Assembly (NCBI GenBank): GCA_964016885.1
Contig: OZ024744.1
Coordinates: 128,526,001-128,590,000, forward strand
Length of the DNA stretch: 64,000 nt
Source of the DNA: Eledone cirrhosa
Taxonomy: Eukaryota
Direction: 5' to 3'
Below the pieces are notes generated by a model that was not told the origin of the DNA, made no database searches, and saw only the letters and a program-made list of their open reading frames with translations. The stretch's first letter is position 1. The number at the start of each line of letters is the position of its first letter. Below are positions 27,201-38,937 of this stretch, piece after piece. Position numbers and translations under genes: made by a program.

Positions 27201-28219
27201 AAGTTAAGTTGGGGGCAAGTTAAGTTGGGGGCAAGTTAAGTTGGGGTTAAGTTAAGTTGGGGTTAAGTTAAGTTGGGGTTAAGTTAAGTTGGGGTTAAGT
27301 TAAGTTGGGGGTAAGTTAAGTTGGGGTTAAGTTAAGTTGGGGTTAAATTAAGTTGAGGTTAAGTTAATTTGGGGTTAAGTTAAGTTGGGGTTAAATTAAG
27401 TTGGGGGTAAGATAAGTTGGGGCTAAGTTAAGTTGGGGCTAAGTCAAGTTGGGGTTAAGTCAAGTTGAGGTTAACTTAAGTTGGGGTTAAGTTAAGTTGG
27501 GGTTAAGTTAAGTTGGGGTTAAGGTAAGGTGGGGTTAAGTTAAGTTGGGGTTAAGTTAAGTTGGGGTTAAGTTAAGTTGGGGTTAAGTTAAGTTAGGGTT
27601 AATTTCAGTTGGGGTTATGTTAAGTTGGGGTTAAGTTAAGTTGGGGTTAAGTTAAGTTGAGGTTAAGTTAAGTTGGAGTTAAGTTAAGTTGGGGTTAAGC
27701 TAAGTTGGGGTTAAGTTAATTTGCGGTTAAGTTAGGTTGTGGGTTAAGTTAAGTTGGGGTTAAGTTAAGCTGGGGTTAAGTTAGGGTAAGTTAAGTTGGG
27801 GTTAAGTTAAGTTGGGGTTAAGTTAGGTTGGGGTTAAGTTAAGTTGGGGTTAAGTTAAGTTGGGGTTGAGTTAAGTTGGGGTTGAGTTAAGTTGGGGTTA
27901 AGTTAAGTTGGGGTTAAGTTAAGTTGGGGTTAAGTTAAGTTGGGGTTAAGTTAAGTTGGGGTTAAGTTAAGTTGGGGGCAAGTTAAGTTGGGGTTAATTT
28001 AAGTTGAGGTTAAGTTAAGTTGGTGTTAAGTTAAGTTGGGGCTAAGTTAAGTTGGGGCTGAGTTAAGTTGGGGCTGAGTTAAGTTGCAGTTAAGTTAAGT
28101 TGGGGTTGAGTTAAGTTGCGGTTAAGTTAAGTTGGGGTTAAGTTAAGTTGGGGTTAAGTTAAGTTGGGGTTTATTTAAGTTGGGGTTCAGTTAATTTGGG
28201 GTTAAGTTAAGTTTGGGTT

Positions 28220-28700
28220 AAGTTGGGGTTAAATTAAGTTGGGGTTAAATTAAGTTGGGGTTAAGCTAATTTGGGGTTAAGTTAAGTTGGGGTTAATTTA
28301 AGTTGGGGTTAAGTTAAGTTGCGGGTAATTTAAGTCGGGGTTAAGTTAAGTTGGGGTTAAGTTAAGTTGGGGTTAAGTTAAGGTGGGGTTTAGTTAAGTT
28401 GGGGTTAAGTTAAGTTGGGGGTAAGTTAAGTTGGGGGTAAGTTAAGTTGGGGGTAAGTTAAGTTGGGGTTAAATTAAGTTGGGGTTAAATTAAGTTGGGG
28501 TTAAGCTAATTTGGGGTTAAGTTAAGTTGGGGTTAATTTAAGTTGGGGTTAAGTTAAGTTGCGGGTAATTTAAGTCGGGGTTAAGTTAAGTTGCGGTTAA
28601 GTTAAGTTGGGGTTAAGTTAAGGTGGGGTTTAGTTAAGTTGGGGTTAAGTTAAGTTGGGGGTAAGTTAAGTTGGGGGTAAGTTAAGTTGGGGGTAACTTA
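28220..28700 (+). repeat. 240-bp (15-unit) local tandem duplication
   Basis: AAGCTAATTTGGGG...GCGGGTAATTTAAGTCGGGG...AGGTGGGGTTTAG occurs at ~28263 and again at ~28503. Confidence 0.85.
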
Positions 28701-30479
28701 AGTTGGGGTTAAGTTAAGTCGGGGTTAAGTTAAGTTGGGGTTAAGTTAAGTTGGGGTTAATTTAAGTTGGGGTTAAGTTAAGTTGGGGGTAAGTTAAGTT
28801 GGGGGTAAGTTAAGTTAGGGTTAAGTTAAGTTGGGGTTGAGTTAAGTTGGGGTTAAGTTAAGTTGGGGTTATGTTAAGTTGGGGTTAAGTTAAGTTGGGG
28901 TTAAGTTAAGTTGGGGTTAAGTTAAGTTGCGGTTAAGTTAAGTTGGGGTTAAATTAAGTTGGGGTTAAGTTAAGTTGGGATTAAGTTAAGTTGGGGTTAA
29001 GTTAAGTTGGGGTTAAGTTAAGTTGGGGTTAAGTTAGATTGTTGTTAAGTTAAGTTGGGGTTAAGTTAAGTTGGGGTTAAGTTAAGTTGGGGTTAATTTA
29101 AGTTGGGGTTAAGTTATGTCGGGGTTAAGTTGAGTTGGGGTTAAGTTAAGTTGGGGTTAAGTTAAGTTGGGGTTAAGTTAAGTTGGGGTTAAGATAAGTT
29201 GGGGTTAAGTTAAGTTGGGGTTAAATTAAGTTCGGGTTAAGTTAATTTGGGGTTGACTTAAGTTGGGGTTAACTTAAGTTGGGATTAAGTTAAGTTGGGG
29301 TTAAGTTAAGTTGGGGTTAAATTAAGTTCGGGTTAAGTTAAGTTGGGGTTAAGTTAAGTTGGGGTTAAGTTAAGTTGGGGTTAAGTTAGGTTGGGGTTAA
29401 GTTAAGTTGGGGGTAAGTTAAGTTGGGGTTAAGTTAAGTTGGGGTTAAGTTAAGTTGGGGGTAAGTTAAGTTGGGGGTAAGTTAAGTTGGGGTTAATTTA
29501 AGTTGGGTCGAATTAAGTTGGTGTTAAGTTAAGTTGGGGTTAAGTTAAGTTGGGGTTAAGTTAAGTTGGGGTTAAGTTAAGATGGGGTTTAGTTAAGTTG
29601 GGGTTAAGTTAAGTTGGGGTTACGTTAAGTTGGGGGTAAGTTAAGTTGGTGGTAAGTTAAGTTGGGGGTAAGTTAAGATGGGGTTAAATTAAGTTGGGGT
29701 TAAGTTAATTTGGGGTTGACTTAATTTGGGGTTGACTTAAGTTGGGGTTAACTTAAGTTGGGGTTAAGTTAAGATGGGGTTTAGTTAAGTTGGGGTTAAG
29801 TTAAGTTGGGGTTTAGTTAAGTTGGGGTTAAGTTAAGTTGGGGTTAAGTTAAGTTGGTGGTAAGTTAAGTTGGGGGTAAGTTAAGTTGGGGGTAAGTTAA
29901 GTTGGGGTTAATTTAAGTTGGGTCGAATTAAGTTGGTGCTAAGTTAAGTTGGGGTTAAGTTAAGTTGGGGTTAAGTTAAGTTGGGGTTAAGTTAAGTTGG
30001 GGGTAAGTTAAGTTGGGGGTAAGTTAAGTTGGGGTTAATTTAAGTTGGGTCGAATTAAGTTGGTGTTAAGTTAAGTTGGGGTTAAGTTAAGTTGGGGTTA
30101 AGTTAAGTTGGGGTTGAGTTAAGTCGGGGTTAAGTTAAGTTGGGGTTATGTTAAGTTGGGGTTAAATTAAGTTGGGGTTAAGTTAAGTTGGGGTTCAATT
30201 AAGTTGCGGTTAATTTAAGTTGGGGTTAAGTTAAGTTGGGGTTAAGTTAAGTTGGGGTTAAGTTAACTTGGGGTTAAATTAAGTTGGGGTTAAATTAAGT
30301 TGGGGTTAAGTTAAGTTGGGGTTATGTTAAGTTGGTGTTAAGTTAAGTTGGGGTTAAGTTAAGTTGGGGTTAAGTTAAGTTGGGGTTAAGTTAGGTTGGT
30401 GTTAAGTTAAGTTGGGGGTAAGTTAAGTTGGGGGTAAGTTAAGTTGGTGTTAAGTTAAGTTGGGGTTAAGTTAAGTTGG

Positions 30480-33400
30480 GGTTAAGTTAAGTTGGGTTTA
30501 AGTTAAGTTGGGGCTAAGTTAAGTTAGGGCTAAGTTAAGTTGGGGTTAAGTAAAGTTAGGGCTAAGTTAAGTTGGGTTAAGTTAAGTTGGGGTTAATTTA
30601 ACTTGGGGTTACATTAAGTTGAGGTTAAGTTAAGTTGGTGTTAAGTTAAGTTGGGGTTAATTTAAGTTGGGGTTAATTAAGTTGGGGTTAATTTAAGTTG
30701 GGGTTAAGTTAAGTTGGGGTTAATTTCAGTTGGGGTTGAGTTAAGTTGGGGTTAAGTTTAGTTGGGGTTAATTTAAGTTGGGGTTGAGTTAAGTTGGGGT
30801 TAAGTTAAGTTGGGGTTAAGTTATGTTCGGGTTAAGTTAAGTTGGTGTTAAGTTAAGTTAGGGTTAAGTTAAGTTGCGGCTAAGTTAAGTTGGGTCTAAG
30901 TTAAGTTGGGGTTAAGTTAAGTTGGGGTTAAGTTAAGTGAGGGTTAATTTAAGTTGGGGTTATTTTAAGTTGGGGTTAAGTTAAGTTGGGGTTAAGTTAG
31001 GTTGGTGTTAAGTTAAGTTGGGGGTAAGTTAAGTTGGGGGTAAGTTAAGTTGGTGTTAAGTTAAGTTGGGTTTAAGTTAAGTTGGGGCTAAGTTAAGTTA
31101 GGGCTAAGTTAAGTTGGGGCTGAGTTAAGTTGGGGTTAAGTTAAGTTGGGGTTGAGTTAAGTTGGGGCTAAGTTAAGTTGGGGTTTAGTTAAGTTGGGGT
31201 TAAGTTAAGGTGGGGTTAAGTTAAGTTGGGGTCAACTAAAGTTGGGGTTAAGTTAAGTTGGGGTTAACTTAAGTTGGGGTTAAATTAAGTTGGGGTTAAG
31301 TTAAGTTGGGGTTAAGTTAAGTTGGGGTTAAGTTAAGTTGCGGGTAATTTAAGTTGGGGTTAAGTTAAGTTGGGGTTAAGTTAAGTTGGGGGTAAGTTAA
31401 GTTGGGGGTAAGTTAAGTTGGGGTTAAGTTAAGTTAGGGTTAAGTTAAGTTGGGGTTGAGTTAAGTTGGGGTTAAGTTAAGTTGGGGTTATGTTAAGTTG
31501 GGGTTAAGTTAAGTTGGGGTTAATTTAAGTTGGGGTTAAGTTAAGTTGCGGTTAAGTTAAGTTGGGGTTAAATTAAGTTGGGGTTAAGTTAAGTTGGGAT
31601 TAAGTTAAGTTGGGGTTAAGTTAAGTTGGGGTTAAGTTAGATTGTTGTTAAGTTAAGTTGGGGTTAAGTTAAGTTGGGGTTAATTTAAGTTGGGGTTAAT
31701 TTAAGTTGGGTCTAATTAAGTTGGGGTTAAGTTAAGTTGGGGTTAAGTTAAGTTGGGGTTAAGTTAAGTTGGGGTTAAGTTAAGTTGCGTTTACGTTAAG
31801 TTGGGGGTAAGTTAAGTTGGTGGTAAGTTAAGTTGGGGGTAAGTTAAGATGGGGTTAAGTTAAGTTGGGGTTAATTTAATTTGGGGTTAAGTTAAGTTAG
31901 GGTTAAGTTAAGTTGGGGTTGAGTTAAGTCGGGGTTCAGTTAAGTTGGGGTTATGTTAAGTTGGGGTTAAGTTAAGTTGGGGTTAAGTTAAGTTGGGGTT
32001 CAATTAAGTTGCGGGTAATTTAAGTTGGGGTTAAGTTAAGTTGGGGGTACGTTAAGTTGGGGGTAAGTTAAGTTGGGGTTAAGTTAAGTTGGGGTTAAGT
32101 TAAGTCGGGGTTAATTTAAGTTGCGGTTAAGTTAAGTTGGGGTTAAGTTAAGTTGGGGTTAAGTTAAGTTGGGATTAAGTTAAGTTGGGGTTAAGTTAAG
32201 TTGGGGTTGAGTTAAGTTGGGGTTAAGTTAGATTATTGTTAATTTATTTTGGGGTTAAGTTAAGTTGGGGTTAAGTTAAGTTGGGGTTAATTTAAGTTGG
32301 GGTTAAGTTAAGTGGGGGTTAAGTTGAGTTGGGGTTAAGTTAAGTTGGGGTTAAGTTAAGTTGGGGTTAAGATAAGTTGGGGTTAAGTTAAGTTGGGGTT
32401 GAGTTAAGTTCGGGTTGAGTTAATTTGGGGTTAACTTAAGTTGGGGTTAACTTAAGTTGGGGTTAAGTTAAGTTGGGTTTATGTTAAGTTGGGGATAAGT
32501 TAAGTTGGGGTTAAGTTAAGTTGGGGTTCAATTAAGTTGCGGTTAATTTAAGTTGGGGTTAAGTTAAGTTGGGGTTAAGTTAAGTTGGGTTTAAGTTAAG
32601 TTGGGGCTAAGTTAAGTTAGGGCTAAGTTAAGTTGGGGTTAAGTAAAGTTAGGGCTAAGTTAAGTTGGGTTAAGTTAAGTTGGGGTTAATTTAACTTGGG
32701 GTTACATTAAGTTGAGGTTAAGTTAAGTTGGTGTTAAGTTAAGTTGGGGTTAATTTAAGTTGGGGTTAATTAAGTTGGGGTTAATTTAAGTTGGGGTTAA
32801 GTTAAGTTGGGGTTAATTTCAGTTGGGGTTGAGTTAAGTTGGGGTTAAGTTTAGTTGGGGTTAATTTAAGTTGGGGTTGAGTTAAGTTGGGGTTAAGTTA
32901 AGTTGGGGTTAAGTTATGTTCGGGTTAAGTTAAGTTGGTGTTAAGTTAAGTTAGGGTTAAGTTAAGTTGCGGCTAAGTTAAGTTGGGTCTAAGTTAAGTT
33001 GGGGTTAAGTTAAGTTGGGGTTAAGTTAAGTGAGGGTTAATTTAAGTTGGGGTTATTTTAAGTTGGGGTTAAGTTAAGTTGGGGTTAAGTTAGGTTGGTG
33101 TTAAGTTAAGTTGGGGGTAAGTTAAGTTGGGGGTAAGTTAAGTTGGTGTTAAGTTAAGTTGGGTTTAAGTTAAGTTGGGGCTAAGTTAAGTTAGGGCTAA
33201 GTTAAGTTGGGGCTGAGTTAAGTTGGGGTTAAGTTAAGTTGGGGTTGAGTTAAGTTGGGGCTAAGTTAAGTTGGGGTTTAGTTAAGTTGGGGTTAAGTTA
33301 AGGTGGGGTTAAGTTAAGTTGGGGTCAACTAAAGTTGGGGTTAAGTTAAGTTGGGGTTAACTTAAGTTGGGGTTAAATTAAGTTGGGGTTAAGTTAAGTT

Positions 33401-34670
33401 GGGGTTAAGTTAAGTTGGGGTTAAGTTAAGTTGCGGGTAATTTAAGTTGGGGTTAAGTTAAGTTGGGGTTAAGTTAAGTTGGGGGTAAGTTAAGTTGGGG
33501 GTAAGTTAAGTTGGGGTTAAGTTAAGTTAGGGTTAAGTTAAGTTGGGGTTGAGTTAAGTTGGGGTTAAGTTAAGTTGGGGTTATGTTAAGTTGGGGTTAA
33601 GTTAAGTTGGGGTTAATTTAAGTTGGGGTTAAGTTAAGTTGCGGTTAAGTTAAGTTGGGGTTAAATTAAGTTGGGGTTAAGTTAAGTTGGGATTAAGTTA
33701 AGTTGGGGTTAAGTTAAGTTGGGGTTAAGTTAGATTGTTGTTAAGTTAAGTTGGGGTTAAGTTAAGTTGGGGTTAATTTAAGTTGGGGTTAATTTAAGTT
33801 GGGTCTAATTAAGTTGGGGTTAAGTTAAGTTGGGGTTAAGTTAAGTTGGGGTTAAGTTAAGTTGGGGTTAAGTTAAGTTGCGTTTACGTTAAGTTGGGGG
33901 TAAGTTAAGTTGGTGGTAAGTTAAGTTGGGGGTAAGTTAAGATGGGGTTAAGTTAAGTTGGGGTTAATTTAATTTGGGGTTAAGTTAAGTTAGGGTTAAG
34001 TTAAGTTGGGGTTGAGTTAAGTCGGGGTTCAGTTAAGTTGGGGTTATGTTAAGTTGGGGTTAAGTTAAGTTGGGGTTAAGTTATGTTGGGGTTCAATTAA
34101 GTTGCGGGTAATTTAAGTTGGGGTTAAGTTAAGTTGGGGGTACGTTAAGTTGGGGGTAAGTTAAGTTGGGGTTAAGTTAAGTTGGGGTTAAGTTAAGTCG
34201 GGGTTAATTTAAGTTGCGGTTAAGTTAAGTTGGGGTTAAGTTAAGTTGGGGTTAAGTTAAGTTGGGATTAAGTTAAGTTGGGGTTAAGTTAAGTTGGGGT
34301 TGAGTTAAGTTGGGGTTAAGTTAGATTATTGTTAATTTATTTTGGGGTTAAGTTAAGTTGGGGTTAAGTTAAGTTGGGGTTAATTTAAGTTGGGGTTAAG
34401 TTAAGTGGGGGTTAAGTTGAGTTGGGGTTAAGTTAAGTTGGGGTTAAGTTAAGTTGGGGTTAAGATAAGTTGGGGTTAAGTTAAGTTGGGGTTGAGTTAA
34501 GTTCGGGTTGAGTTAATTTGGGGTTAACTTAAGTTGGGGTTAACTTAAGTTGGGGTTAAGTTAAGTTGGGTTTATGTTAAGTTGGGGATAAGTTAAGTTG
34601 GGGTTAAGTTAAGTTGGGGTTCAATTAAGTTGCGGTTAATTTAAGTTGGGGTTAAGTTAAGTTGGGGTTA
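30480..34670 (+). repeat. ~2.09-kb tandem higher-order duplication (present again at ~43.3-46.4 kb)
   Basis: GTCAACTAAAG ~31231/~33324, GCGTTTACG ~31787/~33880, GATTATTGTTAATTTATTTT ~32231/~34324; offset 2093. Confidence 0.87.
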
Positions 34671-35713
34671 AGTTAAGTTGGGGTTAAGTTAAGTTGGGGT
34701 TAAATTAAGTTAGGGCTAAGTTAAGTTGAGGTTATGTTAAGTTGCTGTTAAGTTAAGTTGGGGTTAAGTTAAGTTGGGGTTTAAGTTAAGTTGGGGTTAA
34801 GTTAAGTTGGGGTTAAGTTAGGTTGGTGTTAAGTTAAGTTGGGGGTAAGTTAAGTTGGGGGTAAGTTAAGTTGGTGTTAAGTTAAGTTGGGGTTAAGTTA
34901 AGTTGGGGTTAATTTAAGTTGGGGTTAAGTTAAGTTGGGTTTAAGTTAAGTTGGGTCTAAGTTAAGTTGGGGTTAAGTTAAGTTGAGGTTAAGTTAAGTT
35001 GGGATTAAGTTAAGTTGGGGTTAAGTTAAGTTGGGGTTAAGTTAAGTTGGGGTTAAGTTAGGTTGGGGTCAAGTTATGTTGGGGGTAAGTTAAGTTGGGG
35101 GAAAGTTAAGTTGGGGGTAAGTTAAGTTGGGGGTGAGTTAAGTTGGTGGTAAGTTAAGTTGGGGGTAAGTTAAGATGGGGTTAAGTTAAGTTGGGGTTAA
35201 TTTAATTTGGGGTTAAGTTAAGTTAGGGTTAAGTTAAGTTGGGGTTCAATTAAGTTGCGGTTAATTTAAGTTGGGGTTAAGTTAAGTTCGGGTTAAGTTA
35301 AGTTGGGGTTAAGTTAAGTTGGGGTTAAATTAAGTTAGGGCTAAGTTAAGTTGAGGTTATGTTAAGTTGGTGTTAAGTTAAGTTGGGGTTAAGTTAAGTT
35401 GGGGTTAAGTTAAGTTGGGGTTAAGTTAAGTTGGGTTTAAGTTAAGTTGGGGCTAAGTTAAGTTGGGGTTAAGTTAAGTTGGGGTTAAGTTAAGTTGGGG
35501 TTAAGTTAGGTTGGTGTTAAGTTAAGTTGGGGGTAAGTTAAGTTGGGGGTAAGTTAAGTTGGTGTTAAGTTAAGTTGGGGTTAAGTTAAGTTGGGGCTAA
35601 GTTAAGTTGGGTTTAAGTTAAGTTGGGTCTAAGTTAAGTTGGGGTTAAGTTAAGTTGGGGTTAACTTAAGTTGGGGGTAAGTTAAGTTGGGTTTGAGTTA
35701 AGTTGGGGTTAAG

Positions 35714-36300
35714 TTAGGTTTTTCGAAAACCTTATATAATCATTTTTTTTTAGGTTTTTCGAAACACCTTATATAATCAATTTTTTTATGTTTTTCCAAA
35801 AACCTTATATAATCATTTTTTTTATACTTTTAGAAATATTTATATCTGATTTCAAATATTTATTTTTCTAGGTTTTTCGAAAACCTTATATAATCAATTT
35901 TTTTTAGGTTTTTCGAAAAATGTTATATAATCAATTTTTTTTAGGTTTTTCGAAAAACCTTATATAATCAATTTTTTTTTAGGTTTTTCGAAACACCTTA
36001 TATAATCAATTTTTTTTAGGTTTTTCGAAAAACCTTATATAATCAATTTTTTTTAGGTTTTTCGAAAAACCTTATATAATCAATTTTTTTAGGTTTTTCG
36101 TAAAACCTTATATAATCAATTTTTTTAGGTTTTTCGAAAAACCTTATATAATCAATTTTTTTTAGGTTTTTCGAAATACCTTATATAATTAATTTTTTTT
36201 AGGTTTTTCGAAAAATCTTATATAATTAATTTATATCCGATTTCAAATATTGATTTTTTTAGGTTTTTCGAAAACCTTATATAATCAATTTTTTTTAGGT
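35714..36300. repeat. 36-37-bp palindromic minisatellite AGGTTTTTCGAAAAACCTTATATAATCAAT(7-8), ~14 units (left arm of island)
   Basis: Unit starts at 36018, 36055, 36091, 36127, 36164, 36201; 18-bp perfect palindrome overlapping a TTATATAA palindrome. Confidence 0.95.
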
Positions 36301-38540
36301 TTTTCGAAAAAGAATGAATTCATATTCGAAATATATACTTCTGCATTAATCTTTTTACGTTTTTCTGATTTTTTTTAAAAAAAACGTAAAAAATTAATGC
36401 TTTTACAAATATTTTGAAATATTTACTTTCTGGTTTCAAATTTTGCAAATTAAATTTTTTTCTAAAAAAATCAGTTTTCGAAATCAGAAGTTAATATTTC
36501 GAAAAACGCAATTTAAAAAACTCATATTAATTTTTTTTCGAATGAAGTTTTTTTATGCTTTTAGAAATATTTATATCTGATTTAAAATATTGATTTTTTT
36601 AGGTTTACCTTATATAATCAAATTTTTTTAGGTTTTTCGAAATATCTTATATAATCAATCTTTTCGAAAAACCTAAAGTTTTTCGAAAAAGAATGAATTT
36701 GAGTTCATAGTCGAAATATATACTTCTGCATTAATCTTTGATTTTTTGCATGTTTTGAAATCTAAAAAAAACGTAAAAAATTAATGCTTTTACAAATATT
36801 TTGAAATATTTACTTTCTGGTTTCTAAGTTTGCAAATTAAATTTTTTTCGAAAAACCTAAAAAAATCAGTTTTTGAAATCAGAAGTTAATATTTCGAAAA
36901 ACGCAATTTGAAAAACTCATATTAATTTTTTTTCGAATGAAGTTTTTTATACTTTTAGAAATATTTATATCTGATTTCAAATATTGATTTTTTTAGGTTT
37001 TTCGAAAAAGAATGAATTTGAGTTCATAGTCGAAATATATATTTCTGCATTAATCTTTTTACGTTTTTCTGATTTTTTGCATGTTTTGAAATTTAAAAAA
37101 AACGTAAAAAAACAATATTTCGAAAAACGCAATTTGAAAAACTCATATTCATTTTTTTTCGAATGAATTCTTTCATACTTTTAGAAATATTTATATCTGA
37201 TTTTAAATATTGATTTTTTTAGGTTTACCTTATATAATCAAATGTTTTTAGGTTTTTCGAAAAAGAATGAATTTGAGTTCATAGTCGAAATATATACTTC
37301 TGCATTAATCTTTTTACGTTTTTCTGATTTTTTGCATGTTTTGAAATTTAAAAAAAAGCGTAAAAAATTAATGCTTTTACAAATATTTTGAAATATTTAC
37401 TTTCTGGTTTCGAATTTTGCAAATTAAATTTTTTTCGAAAAAAACCTAAAAAAATCAGTTTTCGAAATCAGAAGTTAATATTTCGAAAAACGCAATTTGA
37501 AAAACTCATATTAATTTTTTTTCGAATGAAGTTTTTTTATGCTTTTAGAAATATTTATATCTGATTTCAAATATTGATTTTTTTTAGGTTTTTCGAAAAA
37601 GAATGAATTTGAGTTCATAGTCGAAATATATATTTCTGCATTGATCTTTGATTTTTTGCATGTTTTGAAATTTAAAAAAAAAGTAAAAAGTTAATGCTTT
37701 TACAAATATTTTGAAATATTTACTTTCTGGTTTCAAAGTTTGCAAATTAAATTTTTTTCGAAAAACCTAAAAAAATCAGTTTTCGAAATCAGAAGTTAAT
37801 ATTTCGAAAAACGCAATTTGAAAAACTCATATTAATTTTTTTTCGAATGAATTCTTTCATACTTTTAGAAATATTTATATCTGATTTCAAATATTGATTT
37901 TTTTTAGGTTTTTCGAAAAATCTTATATAATCAATTTTTTTTAGGTTTTTCGAAAAAGAATGAATTTGAGTTCATAGTCGAAATATATACTTCTGCATTA
38001 ATCTTTGATTTTTTGCATGTTTTGAAATTTAAAAAAAACGTAAAAAATTAATATTTCGAAAAACGCAATTTGAAAAACTCATATTAATTTTTTTTCGAAT
38101 GAATTCTTTTATACTTTTAGAAATATTTATATCTGATTTTAAATATTGATTTTTTTAGGTTTACCTTATATAATCAAATTTTTTTAGGTTGTTCGAAAAA
38201 TCTTATATAATCAAATTTTTTTAGGTTTTTCGAAAAAGAATTTGAGTTCATAGTCGAAATATATACTTCTGCATTAATCTTTTTACGTTTTTCTGATTTT
38301 TTGCATGTTTTGAAATTTAAAAAAAACGTAAAAAATTAATGCTTTTACAAATATTTTGAAATATTTACTTTCTGGTTTCAAATTTTGTAAATTAAATTTT
38401 TTTCGAAAAACCTAAAAAAATCAGTTTTCGAAATCAGAAGTTAATATTTCGAAAAACGCAATTTAAAAAACTCATATTAATTTTTTTTCGAATGAATTCT
38501 TTTAGAAATATTTATATCTGATTTCAAATATTGATTTTTT
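36301..38540. repeat. Seven variable-length (~250-380 bp) AT-rich tandem units (island core)
   Basis: GAAAAAGAAT(GAAT)TTGAGTTCATAGTCGAAATATATACTTCTGCATTAATC-like motif at ~36306, 36686, 37004, 37259, 37596, 37952, 38232; units differ by modular deletions. Confidence 0.93.
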
Positions 38541-38937
38541 TAGGTTTACCTTATATAATCAAATTTTTTTAGGTTTTTCAAAAACCTTATATAATCAATT
38601 TTTTTTAGGTTTTTCGAAAAACCTTACATAATCAATTTTTTTTAGGTTTTTTCGAAAAACCTTATATAATCAATTTTTTACGTTTTTAGAAAAACCTTAT
38701 ATAATCAATTTTTTTTATACTTTTAGAAATATTTATATCTTATTTCAAATATTGATTTTTTTTAGATTTTTCGAAATACCTTATATAATCAATTTTTCTA
38801 GGTGTTTCGAAAAACCTTATATAATCAATTTTTTTTAGGTTTTTCGAAAGACCTTATATAATCAATTTTTTTTAGGTTTTTCGAAAAACCTTATATAATC
38901 AATTTTTTTAAGTTTTTCGACAACCTTATATAATCAA
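38541..38937. repeat. 36-37-bp palindromic minisatellite, ~10 units (right arm of island)
   Basis: Same unit and orientation as the left arm; starts at ~38571, 38607, 38644, 38800, 38837, 38874, 38910. Confidence 0.94.

Larger units (their letters stand above)
1..35713 (+). repeat. 16-bp G-rich satellite array (TTAAGTTAAGTTGGGG)n, ~2,200 units, continues past the left window edge
   Basis: Continuous tandem 16-mer with scattered substitutions (GGTG, GCGG, GAGG, G5, GCT, AAAT, AATT variants) and rare indels; the + strand has almost no C. Confidence 0.99.
35714..38937. repeat. 3.2-kb AT-rich composite repeat island, copy 1
   Basis: Abrupt switch from the satellite at AAGTTAG|GTTTTTCG and back at TATAATCAA|GTTGAG; composed of two repeat types. 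Confidence 0.97.

Noticed and set aside
1-35713. Coding repeat protein in the satellite
   Set aside because: TTAA gives TAA on both strands and the 16-bp period cycles it through all frames; no ORFs in the track.
35940-36240. TATA boxes (TATATAA) or intrinsic terminators (hairpin plus T-tract)
   Set aside because: These motifs are parts of a tandem unit with no associated gene; there is no evidence of transcription.
35714-36300. CRISPR-like array (36-37-bp palindromic repeats)
   Set aside because: Units are directly adjacent with no unique spacers, and there are no cas genes.
36984-37166. 60-aa ORF (identical copy at 48732-48914)
   Set aside because: TTG start and an F/K/I-rich low-complexity product from A/T tracts. 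It lies in one deleted repeat unit while sibling units carry stops. The identity of the two copies is explained by the 11.7-kb duplication.
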